Assembly: GCA_015059285.1 (NCBI GenBank)
Contig: SVAS01000001.1
Span: 68,217-132,216 of the forward strand
DNA from: Bacillota bacterium
Lineage (GTDB): Bacteria; Bacillota_I; Bacilli_A; RF39; UBA660
Direction: 5' to 3'
DNA length: 64,000 nucleotides
The notes beneath the pieces were generated by a model, which ran no database searches, had not been told where the DNA came from, and saw only the letters and a list, made by a program, of their open reading frames with translations. How positions within the stretch are numbered: position 1 is the stretch's first letter; every line of letters begins with the position of its first letter. The translations under genes were made by a program, and so were the position numbers. This document shows, piece by piece, positions 49,372 to 58,034 of the stretch.

Positions 49372-49530
49372 AAAGAGAGTTAGTGGTTGGTGGAAACTAA
49401 TAAATAAATTATTTGAAAGCTACTTTCTGAGTATAGTAAAAACTATCGGAAAAATCCGTTATCAAAATTAAGAACAAATTAGGATGGTACCACGGTTTTT
49501 TCGTTCCTAGAAAATAACCGTGGTTTTTTT
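49372..49530 (+). promoter_or_regulatory. T-box riboswitch leader (Ala specifier GCU) upstream of the dNMP-kinase-like/cmk/alaS operon
   Basis: agagagttagtggttggtggaaac, gaaaGCUa specifier context at 49429-49431, T-box ggatggtaccacgg, terminator ccacggtt...aaccgtgg plus U7. Confidence 0.85.
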
Positions 49531-49542
49531 ATAGGAGGATTT

Positions 49543-50094
49543 ATGGAGTTTAATAAAAGAAATACTAAAATTTACATCTTATCTGGTAAAGCTAAAAGCG
49601 GTAAGGATTTAGTAAGTAAAATTATCACTAATTATTATCGTGATAAAAAATGTATATGTCTTTCATATTCATATTATCTTAAAGATTATATAAAAAGAAT
49701 TACTGGATGGGATGGTAGTGAAGAGAATAAACCTAGAGAAATGTTACAAAAGGTTGGTATTGAACTTATAAAAAATAAAATAAATAATAAGCTGTTTATA
49801 AATAGATTATTAGAAGATATTGATGTTTTTTCTTATTTTTATGATATTATAGTAGTCACCGATGCAAGGTTAATAGAAGAAGTTGAAATACCAAAAGAAA
49901 AGTTAGATAATGTTATAACAATTAGAATTAATAGAGATAATATTGATAATAATTTGACAAATGAACAAAAGAGTCATTTAACAGAAATAGCTTTAGATAA
50001 TTATTCTAATTTTGACTATATTATTGATAATAATAAAGATTATAGTTATTTAGAAAATAAAGTAAATAAGATATTGGAGGGTAATTATGAGTAA
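49543..50094 (+). CDS. phage T4-type deoxynucleoside monophosphate kinase-like P-loop protein
   Basis: Walker A LSGKAKSGKD with Asp after GK, as in T4 gp1 dNMP kinase (LSGVKRSGKD); 183 aa. Confidence 0.55.
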   Translation: MEFNKRNTKIYILSGKAKSGKDLVSKIITNYYRDKKCICLSYSYYLKDYIKRITGWDGSEENKPREMLQKVGIELIKNKINNKLFINRLLEDIDVFSYFYDIIVVTDARLIEEVEIPKEKLDNVITIRINRDNIDNNLTNEQKSHLTEIALDNYSNFDYIIDNNKDYSYLENKVNKILEGNYE

Positions 50095-50737
50095 AATAGT
50101 TGCGATAGATGGTCCTGCTGGAAGTGGTAAAGGAACAGTTGCTGAAATACTTTCAGAAAAATGTAATTTAATCAATATTGATACAGGAGCTACTTATAGA
50201 TGTGTAGCACTAGCCGCCTTAAATAATAATTTAACTTTAGATAATGTAGATGAAATAGTAGAATTATCTGGTAAAATCAAAATAGAATTTACACCTGATA
50301 AACGTGTTTTATTAGATAATAAAGATGTAACTGATGCAATTAGAAGTAAAGAAGTAACTAGTATAGTGTCTCCTATTTCTAGTATTTTAAAAGTTAGAGA
50401 AAACATGGTTAAACTTCAAAGAGAAATGGCAAAAAACTATGATGTTGTAATGGAGGGAAGAGATATTACAACAGTAGTTTTACCAAATGCTAATTATAAA
50501 TTTTATTTAGATGCCACATTAGAAGAAAGAGCAAATAGAAGATATAAACAATATCAAGAAAAAGGAATTGATATGACTTTAGAAGAAATAAAAGAAAATA
50601 TATCAAAAAGAGATTATAATGATATGCATAAAGAAGTGGGTTCACTAATTAGAACAGATGAACAAGTATATATAGATTCTACTAATATGACGATTGAAGA
50701 AGTAGTAAATAAAATGATAGAAGTAATTGAGGAGTGA
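50087..50737 (+). CDS. cmk: cytidylate kinase
   Basis: IAIDGPAGSGKGT, full Cmk fold. Confidence 0.9.
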   Translation: MSKIVAIDGPAGSGKGTVAEILSEKCNLINIDTGATYRCVALAALNNNLTLDNVDEIVELSGKIKIEFTPDKRVLLDNKDVTDAIRSKEVTSIVSPISSILKVRENMVKLQREMAKNYDVVMEGRDITTVVLPNANYKFYLDATLEERANRRYKQYQEKGIDMTLEEIKENISKRDYNDMHKEVGSLIRTDEQVYIDSTNMTIEEVVNKMIEVIEE

Positions 50738-50741
50738 TATA

Positions 50742-52490
50742 ATGAATTTAAAAGATTTATATATTGATTTTTTTGTTAGTAAAGGGCATAAACAAATACC
50801 TTCTGCGCCTGTAATACCTGAAAATGACCCTTCAGTGCTATTTAATACAGCAGGTATGCAACCTTTAATTCCATATTTAATGGGTCAAGCTCATCCATAT
50901 GGAAAAAGATTAGTTGATTATCAAAAATGCATTAGAACTAATGATTTAGATAGTATTGGAGATACAACTCATCATACTTTTTTTGAAATGTTAGGTAATT
51001 GGAGTTTAGGCGATTATTTTAAAAAGGAAAGTATTTCTTGGAGTTTTGAATTTTTAACAAGTGTTTTAAAAATACCTGTTGAAAAACTAGCTGTAACAGT
51101 ATTTGCAGGTAATAATGATATCCCTGAGGATACTGAATCTATTGAAATTTGGAAAAGTTTAGGAATAAAAGAAGGAAGGATTGCTAAAACAGTAGAAGAT
51201 AATTTTTGGATTGCAGGTGAAACAGGACCTTGTGGACCAGATACTGAAATATTTTATTTCCGTAGTGAAGATGAAATTCCTGAAATATTTGATCCAGAAG
51301 ATAATCGTTGGGTAGAAATTTGGAATAATGTTTTTATGCAATATAATAAAAGTTTAGATGGAAGTATTTCTGAACTTCCAAATAAAAATGTTGATACAGG
51401 AATGGGTGTTGAAAGAGTTGTAGCAATATTAGAAGGTGTTAATGATAACTATACAACTTCTATTTGGAAAGATGTTATAAATAAAATTGAAGAATTATCA
51501 AATATTAAATATGAAGAAAATAAAGAAAGTATGCGTATTATAGCGGATCATTTAAGAACAGCTGTATTTATCTCTGCTGACCCAACTGGTATAAAACCTT
51601 CTAATACTGACCAAGGCTATATTTTAAGAAGATTAATTCGTAGAGCTATTAGACATGCTAAAAAATTAAATATAGATATGAATAGTGATTGGGAACAAGA
51701 GATAGCTTTAATTATTTTAGATAAATATTCAAAATATTACAGTGAATTAGAAGCTAATAAACAAGTAGTATTAGAAGTATTAAAAAATGAAAGAATTAAA
51801 TTTAATCGTACTTTAGAAAAAGGTTTAAGAGAATTTGAAAAAATAGCTAGTAATATTACAGATGGAAAACTAAATAAAGATTTAGCTTTTAAACTTTATG
51901 ATACTTATGGTTTTCCAATTGAACTTACAGTAGAACTAGCAAGTGAATTAAATTTATTAGTAGATGTAGATGGATTTAAAGAAAAATTTAAAGCACATCA
52001 AGAACTTTCAAGAGCAGGAGCTAGTGCTAAATTTAAAGGTGGTCTAGCTGGAGATGGAGAGGCTGAAACTAAATATCATACAGCAACACATTTACTTAAT
52101 GCTGCTTTAAAAGTTGTTGTAAATGAAGATGTTCATCAAAAAGGAAGTAATATTACATCTGAAAGGATGCGTTTTGACTTTTCTTGTGACCATAAATTAA
52201 CAGCTGAAGAAAAACAAAAAGTAGAAGAGTTAGTAAATAAGTGGATTAAAGAAGAAATTCCTATAACTAAGGAAGAAATGAATAAAGAAGAAGCTTTAAA
52301 ATCAGGTGCTGAGTGTATGTTCATAGAAAAATATCCAGATGTTGTAACAGTATATAGTATTGGTAATATTTCTAAAGAATTATGTGGTGGACCACATGTA
52401 GAAAATACTAAAGAATTAGGTGTTTTTGAAATTAAAAAAGAAGAAGCTAGTAGTGCTGGTGTAAGAAGAATAAAAGCTATTTTAAAATAA
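50742..52490 (+). CDS. alaS: minimal alanyl-tRNA synthetase (583 aa: catalytic, tRNA-recognition and editing core; no beta-barrel, no C-Ala)
   Basis: FNTAGM, FEMLGNWSLGDYFK, GVERV class II motifs; the editing HTATHLL ... CGGPHVENT ... AGVRRIKA follows directly after AKFKGG. Confidence 0.85.
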   Translation: MNLKDLYIDFFVSKGHKQIPSAPVIPENDPSVLFNTAGMQPLIPYLMGQAHPYGKRLVDYQKCIRTNDLDSIGDTTHHTFFEMLGNWSLGDYFKKESISWSFEFLTSVLKIPVEKLAVTVFAGNNDIPEDTESIEIWKSLGIKEGRIAKTVEDNFWIAGETGPCGPDTEIFYFRSEDEIPEIFDPEDNRWVEIWNNVFMQYNKSLDGSISELPNKNVDTGMGVERVVAILEGVNDNYTTSIWKDVINKIEELSNIKYEENKESMRIIADHLRTAVFISADPTGIKPSNTDQGYILRRLIRRAIRHAKKLNIDMNSDWEQEIALIILDKYSKYYSELEANKQVVLEVLKNERIKFNRTLEKGLREFEKIASNITDGKLNKDLAFKLYDTYGFPIELTVELASELNLLVDVDGFKEKFKAHQELSRAGASAKFKGGLAGDGEAETKYHTATHLLNAALKVVVNEDVHQKGSNITSERMRFDFSCDHKLTAEEKQKVEELVNKWIKEEIPITKEEMNKEEALKSGAECMFIEKYPDVVTVYSIGNISKELCGGPHVENTKELGVFEIKKEEASSAGVRRIKAILK

Positions 52491-52491
52491 C

Positions 52492-52513
52492 AGATTTTAT
52501 ATCTGTTTTTTTT
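52492..52513 (+). terminator. alaS terminator
   Basis: cagattttatatctg hairpin plus T8. Confidence 0.7.
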
Positions 52514-52519
52514 GTTTGT

Positions 52520-52640
52520 GATTTATGTTATAGAAACCACTTTAATTATAGTTTTATGTATAATAAAAATGTCAACGATAGCAAAATAAAACATAATGTT
52601 ATTGACAACAAAATATTTATGTTATAAAATTATTTTAGAA
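52520..52640 (+). promoter_or_regulatory. conserved dual promoter and long leader of pilin-like paralog 3
   Basis: extended -10 TGTATAAT at 52557-52564; TTGACA-16-TATAAA at 52602-52629; repeated tTATGTTATA motifs; about 85% identical to the region upstream of paralog 4. Confidence 0.6.
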
Positions 52641-52718
52641 CAATATGTTATACAAGGTAAATAAATGTATAAAAGGATAAAAGGTTGTTCAAAATAAGAA
52701 AGAAGGAGTGGAAAGAAA

Positions 52719-53711
52719 ATGAGACAAAACAAAAAAGGATTTACTTTAATTGAATTACTAGCAGTAATAGTGATACTAGCAATAATAGCACTAATAGCAG
52801 TACCAGTTATAATGAATATAATAAGTAGTGCAAGAGAAAGTGCATTTAAAGATACTGCTTATGGACTTGTGAAAGCTGGAGAGTTATACTACGCAAATCA
52901 ATTACTGACAACAGGTGGGATGATAGAAGATAAAGTTTTTACTTTTGATGATGGAAATGTTGAACCAACAGGTTTAGATATCAAAGGAAATTTGCCAACA
53001 ACTGGTTCAATGACAATTACCAAAGATGGAAGTGTGATTTTAAACGTTTCAGATGGTCAATTTCTTGCAACTAAAAACGAGCATCAAACTGATGTTGTTG
53101 TTATAAAAGGGAATGTTAGCAAACCTATTCCAAATTCAAATATAATCTCAGACAATAAGTGTGCAGTAGATGAAACTCAAATCTGTGCGGAAGGTACTTT
53201 AATAACTTACAAAGTAAATGATAGTCAAACTTATGACTTTTATGTAATAAAAGATACAGGTAGATTATTAACTTTGATTATGAATAGTAATTTAGGATTA
53301 AATGATGTTTCTTGGAATACTTCTGGTTTTGCTAGTGATGGTCCTACTGGGGTACTGAAAGCTTTAGAAGAACGCACGAATAATTGGACAAATGTAAATA
53401 TAATTTCTGAATATACTTATGTAGATACAAATGGAAATAACCAATATTCAGCCTTTACTAAAACTAATGTTAGATCTAGATTATTATCAAGTACAGAATA
53501 TGATATCAGTAAAACTTGGTTAACTTCAAATTTAGTAAATTATGATGCTTGTGGCTGGACTGAAAATGACGCTTGTGGTTATTGGACTGGAGAATCTATT
53601 TCTAATACTCCTGAAGGTTTTGGTTTATGCCTTACTTCTTATGGACCATATACATGTTCTGGAATGTATGGTATACGTCCAGTAATTGAAGTATCTAAAT
53701 TAGCAAATTAA
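52719..53711 (+). CDS. type IV pilin-like protein paralog 3 (330 aa)
   Basis: MRQNKKGFTLIELLAVIVILAIIALIAVP; C-terminal TLIMNSNLG, WTNVNI, CGYWTG, YGIRPVIEVSK. Confidence 0.85.
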   Translation: MRQNKKGFTLIELLAVIVILAIIALIAVPVIMNIISSARESAFKDTAYGLVKAGELYYANQLLTTGGMIEDKVFTFDDGNVEPTGLDIKGNLPTTGSMTITKDGSVILNVSDGQFLATKNEHQTDVVVIKGNVSKPIPNSNIISDNKCAVDETQICAEGTLITYKVNDSQTYDFYVIKDTGRLLTLIMNSNLGLNDVSWNTSGFASDGPTGVLKALEERTNNWTNVNIISEYTYVDTNGNNQYSAFTKTNVRSRLLSSTEYDISKTWLTSNLVNYDACGWTENDACGYWTGESISNTPEGFGLCLTSYGPYTCSGMYGIRPVIEVSKLAN

Positions 53712-53766
53712 GATGTTTATCAAATAGTGTTAGTGAACAATGATTTGATATGGATAACTGTATAAG

Positions 53767-53796
53767 AAAGGATGATAAAAATCATCCTTTTATAAT
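53767..53796 (+). terminator. terminator after paralog 3
   Basis: aaaggatgataaaaatcatccttttat; the same hairpin core follows the dacF-like gene upstream of paralog 4. Confidence 0.65.
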
Positions 53797-53804
53797 GCCT
53801 TTAA

Positions 53805-54030
53805 TCAAGAAAATTCGTGCGATAAAGTAATCATACTTTCTATAACAAAAGGTAATTCTTTTAAGTATTTTAACTTTACAAATTTTTTAACCCCCCATTT
53901 AATAATATTGTTATCAGAATCATTAACAGAACCACAATGTGGACAAAATTTGTGTTTATAGGTTAAAATTGTTTCAATTACCTTATAATTTTTAATAACT
54001 TTTTCTTCAATGTTATTTAAAATAAATAGA
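53805..54030 (-). pseudogene. probable ISL3-family transposase N-terminal remnant (zinc-finger region only)
   Basis: The minus-strand frame gives NIEEKVIKNYKVIETILTYKHKFCPHCGSVNDSDNNIIKWGVKKFVKLKYLKELPFVIE, which resembles the ISL3 transposase N-terminal zinc-finger region; it has no start codon and no catalytic part. Confidence 0.35.
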
Positions 54031-54498
54031 TTAAGATATTTAATATTTAGTAAATTTTATATATAATTATTATTAGATATGTTTCAGTGTTTGTTTTGTT
54101 GCTTACATTGTATCAGACTAAACATCTTTTTTAACAAAAAATAGTTGAGCGAGATTTTCTAACCAACACTATTTATAATACAACCCAAACAAAACTTCAA
54201 GGCTTGTTTTGTTATAATATGAAGAAAGTACTTCTATAGAAAACCTATTATTCACTTAGTAGTAAGTGAATTTAAAGTTACATAAACTAAAGGTTGATGC
54301 AGTGAGTTTAATTTAGGTGAGTTTATATTGAAAGATGAACCAAATAATGATAAGATTTTTTAAAATAGTAAAGGTCAATTAATTATAATAGATTTAAACT
54401 AGGTACATAATAATGTTTTTTTAATAAATACAAATACTAATTGAAAAAAGTTATTATTCGTGATAAAATGTAGGTGTATTCATAAAGTAGGTGAAATT

Positions 54499-54738
54499 AT
54501 GGGTGAAACAAAAATATATAGTGCTGATGAAATTCAAAATGCTTTAATTGCTGATGTTATTAAAGAAGTTGCAAGTATTTTAGAAGAGAAAGGTTATAAT
54601 CCTATAAATCAAATAGTTGGTTATTTGATGAGTGGAGATCCTGGTTATATTTCTAGTTATAAAGATGCTAGAAAAAAAATTTCTAAATTAGATAGAACTA
54701 AAATACTAAATGTATTAGTAAGTGATTTTGTTAAATAA
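54499..54738 (+). CDS. ireB: IreB-family regulatory phosphoprotein (UPF0297, YrzL)
   Basis: KGYNPINQIVGYLMSGDPGYISSYKDARK matches UPF0297; synteny with ruvX-yrzB-mltG. Confidence 0.85.
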   Translation: MGETKIYSADEIQNALIADVIKEVASILEEKGYNPINQIVGYLMSGDPGYISSYKDARKKISKLDRTKILNVLVSDFVK

Positions 54739-55166
54739 TGCGTTATATAGGTTTAGATTTAGGCACAAAAACTTTAGGGATTTCTATTAGTGATGAAACT
54801 AAAACAATAGCTTCACCATTCAAAACAATTAGGTTTTCTGAAAATAATAATGATGAAGTTTTAGATGAATTAAAAGAAATTGTTAAAGAGTTTCATGTGG
54901 AAAAAATAATATTAGGTCTACCTAAAAATATGAATAATACAATTGGAGATCGTGCTTTAGAAACTATGGATTTCCAAAAAAAACTTAATGATTTATTAAA
55001 AATTGATGTTGTTTTGCAAGATGAAAGATTATCTACTGTTTCTGCGCACAACTACTTATTAGAAGCTAATGTTTCTCGTAAAAAAAGAAAAGGTGTTGTA
55101 GATAAGATGGCAGCAAATATCATCTTACAAACATATTTAGATAAAGAGAAAGGAATGTTAAAATGA
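54738..55166 (+). CDS. ruvX: YqgF/RuvX putative Holliday junction resolvase / pre-16S rRNA nuclease
   Basis: MRYIGLDLGTKTLGISISD RNase H-like N-terminus. Confidence 0.85.
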   Translation: MRYIGLDLGTKTLGISISDETKTIASPFKTIRFSENNNDEVLDELKEIVKEFHVEKIILGLPKNMNNTIGDRALETMDFQKKLNDLLKIDVVLQDERLSTVSAHNYLLEANVSRKKRKGVVDKMAANIILQTYLDKEKGMLK

Positions 55167-55453
55167 ACGAAGAAATGACTTTTAAAATGGTTGATGAAAA
55201 TGGTAAAGAAAAAGAATGTGAAGTTTTATTTACATTTGAATCAGATGAAACACATAAAAATTATATAGTATATACTGATAATACTACTGATGAATCAGGA
55301 AATACTAGAGTATATGCTTCAATCTTTGATCCAAAGGATCCTAATTCAAAACTACTTCCAATTGATACTGAAAAAGAATGGTCAATTATTAAAACAATTT
55401 TAGCAGAAATTCAAAACGAAGTTAGAGAAAGTTACGCTAGCGAGCAAGAATAA
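55163..55453 (+). CDS. DUF1292 (YrzB-family) protein
   Basis: 96 aa, acidic, conserved position after ruvX. Confidence 0.6.
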   Translation: MNEEMTFKMVDENGKEKECEVLFTFESDETHKNYIVYTDNTTDESGNTRVYASIFDPKDPNSKLLPIDTEKEWSIIKTILAEIQNEVRESYASEQE

Positions 55454-55467
55454 GCTCGCTTTTCCTT

Positions 55468-56538
55468 ATGAAAAAGTTAATTAAAATAATTATTGCATGC
55501 GTTTTGTTTTTTGTTTTAGTGGTTGGTAGTTTAGTGATATGGTATTTTTCTAGTTTAGGTAGAGTAAATAGTGGTAAAGAAAAAATAGAATTTATTGTGG
55601 ATAAAAATGCAACATTTTCAACACTCGGTCAAAAATTAGAAGAAAGTAAATTAATTAAATCTGAGCTTGCTTATAAGATTTATATTAAGTTATCAAAACC
55701 TGGTAATTTAAAAGCGGGCACTTATGAATTAGATGGTAGTATGGGCGTTAAAAAGATAGTAGAAATATTATCAGAGGGAAATAGTTATAATCCTAATATT
55801 GTTTCTGTTACTTTTAGAGAAGGTTTAAACATGCGTGCTATTGCAGAAATAATAGAAAGTAATACAGAAAACACTTATGAAGACGTTTTTAGACTTTTAA
55901 AAGATGAAGCATATTTAAATGAAGTTATAAATAATTATTGGTTTGTAACTGAAGAAGTAAAAAATAAAAACTTATATTATTCATTAGAAGGATATTTATT
56001 TCCTGATACTTATCAAATAGATAAAACTTGGTCTATTAAGGGTATTTTTAAACTTATGCTTGATCGTATGGAACAAGAACTAGATGTTTATAAAAAAGAT
56101 ATTGAAAAAAGTAATTATAATGTTCATGAACTTTTAACTTTAGCATCTATCATTGAATTAGAAGCAGGAACTAGTAATGAACGAAGTGGAGTGGCAGGAG
56201 TATTTTATAATCGTTTAAGGGATGGTTGGACTTTAGGTAGTGATGTTACAACTTATTACGCAGCTAAAAAATCATTTAAAGAAGATTTGACGTATGCTGA
56301 ACTTAACGATTGTAATTATTATAATACACGTGGAACTTGTTTTACAGGGCTTCCAGTAGGACCTATATCTAATCCTGGTAGTGAATCTATTAAAGGAGTA
56401 ATGAATCCTACAAGTCATAATTATTATTATTTTGTAGCTGATAAAAATGGTAAAACATATTTTAATACTAATAGTTATGGACATAGTGCTACAATAGCTG
56501 AATTAAAGAGTAACAATTTATGGTACGTTTACGAATAA
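55468..56538 (+). CDS. mltG: endolytic murein transglycosylase MltG (YceG-like)
   Basis: N-terminal TM helix, YceG-like domain, conserved position. Confidence 0.8.
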   Translation: MKKLIKIIIACVLFFVLVVGSLVIWYFSSLGRVNSGKEKIEFIVDKNATFSTLGQKLEESKLIKSELAYKIYIKLSKPGNLKAGTYELDGSMGVKKIVEILSEGNSYNPNIVSVTFREGLNMRAIAEIIESNTENTYEDVFRLLKDEAYLNEVINNYWFVTEEVKNKNLYYSLEGYLFPDTYQIDKTWSIKGIFKLMLDRMEQELDVYKKDIEKSNYNVHELLTLASIIELEAGTSNERSGVAGVFYNRLRDGWTLGSDVTTYYAAKKSFKEDLTYAELNDCNYYNTRGTCFTGLPVGPISNPGSESIKGVMNPTSHNYYYFVADKNGKTYFNTNSYGHSATIAELKSNNLWYVYE

Positions 56539-57098
56539 TTGAAGATTATGCTTATGAAAATAATATTCCTATTATGGAAAAAGAAGGAATAGATTTTCTA
56601 ACTAATTACATAAAAGAACATAATATTAAGCATATTTTAGAAATTGGTTCAGCGATTGGTTATTCCGCAATCAAAATGGCTTTAGTAGATAGTAATATTA
56701 AAATTACAACTATTGAAAGAGATGAAAAAAGATATAAAGAAGCTTTAAAAAATATAAAAGACTTTAATTTAGAAGATAGGATTAATATTATTTTAGAAGA
56801 TGCTTTTAATGTAGATTTAGAAGAGTCTTTTGATTTAATATTTATAGATGCTGCTAAAAGTCAATATATTAAATTCTTTGAAAAGTTTAAAAAGAACTTA
56901 AATTTAAATGGTGTAATTATTTCTGATAATTTAGATTTTCATGGACTTGTTAATGGTGATTATGAAACTTATAGTAGAAATGTTAAAGGAATTGTTAGAA
57001 AACTAAAAAACTATATTAACTTTTTAAAAGAAAACGAAGAATTTAAAACGGAGTTTATTAATATTGGCGATGGAATTGCTATAACAAAGAGAAAGTAA
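56520..57098 (+). CDS. class I SAM-dependent O-methyltransferase (YrrM-like)
   Basis: LEIGSAIGYSAIKMA SAM-binding motif. Confidence 0.7.
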   Translation: MVRLRIIEDYAYENNIPIMEKEGIDFLTNYIKEHNIKHILEIGSAIGYSAIKMALVDSNIKITTIERDEKRYKEALKNIKDFNLEDRINIILEDAFNVDLEESFDLIFIDAAKSQYIKFFEKFKKNLNLNGVIISDNLDFHGLVNGDYETYSRNVKGIVRKLKNYINFLKENEEFKTEFINIGDGIAITKRK

Positions 57099-57158
57099 GT
57101 GCTTTCTCTTTTAATATAAAAATGGTATAATATATATTAATTTTAAAGGAAATGTGGG

Positions 57159-58034
57159 ATGTATATGAAATTAATGATAATGCCTAATAGTTTAGATATG
57201 GTAAAAAACATGATTGATAAATATGATGCAGTTATGATAGGTATTGAAAATTTAAGTATCAATATGCCTAAATATTATTCTTATGAAGAATTTAAAGAAA
57301 TGTATGATATCTGTAAACAAAATGGTAAAGAAGTGTTTGTTGCATTAAATAAAAATATGCATAATAAAGACTTAGATTATTTAAAAGAAATAATGTTTAA
57401 ATTAGAATATTTAGATGTTTCTGGAATTATGTATTATGATGTAGCTTTAGTTAATATAAAATTAGAAAACAATTTAAAAACATCTTTAGTTTGGGGACAA
57501 GAACATTTAACAACAAATGCTATAACAAGTAATTTTTGGAATTCTTATGGAGCTGATTATACACTTGTTTCAAGCGAAATCACATCAGATGAAGTACTAG
57601 AAATGCAAAAAGAAAGTAAGTCTAAATTAATAGTAACGGTATTTGGACATTTACCAATGTTTGTATCCGAACGTCATTTAGTTAAAAATTATCTAAAAAC
57701 ATTTGATTTAAAAGATAATTCTGAAATTAATTATATAGAAAACAGTGGTAATATATATCCTATTATTGATAATGATTTAGGTACTATCTCTTATTCTTCT
57801 CATGTTTTAAATGGTATAAATGAAGTTTTAAAATTTAGGGAAATTGGTATTAATTATATTCTTTTAAATCCTTTTTTAATAAGTGATAATGATTTTAAAA
57901 TAGTATTAGATTTATTTAATAGTGTTAATGGTGATAATATAGAAAATTATTCTAAACAAATAGAGGAAATGTTTAATACAGATTATGGGTTCTTTAATAA
58001 AGAAACTATATATAAGGTGAAGAAAAATGATTAA
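57159..58034 (+). CDS. peptidase U32 family protein (YrrN-like)
   Basis: conserved position and size relative to B. subtilis yrrN. Confidence 0.55.
   Translation: MYMKLMIMPNSLDMVKNMIDKYDAVMIGIENLSINMPKYYSYEEFKEMYDICKQNGKEVFVALNKNMHNKDLDYLKEIMFKLEYLDVSGIMYYDVALVNIKLENNLKTSLVWGQEHLTTNAITSNFWNSYGADYTLVSSEITSDEVLEMQKESKSKLIVTVFGHLPMFVSERHLVKNYLKTFDLKDNSEINYIENSGNIYPIIDNDLGTISYSSHVLNGINEVLKFREIGINYILLNPFLISDNDFKIVLDLFNSVNGDNIENYSKQIEEMFNTDYGFFNKETIYKVKKND

Noticed and set aside
54253-54272. Perfect 8-bp-stem hairpin ttcacttagtagtaagtgaa in the alaS-ireB insert, considered as a terminator or IS end
   Set aside because: No adjacent T-run and no matching partner repeat found. Left as part of the IS-remnant scar.
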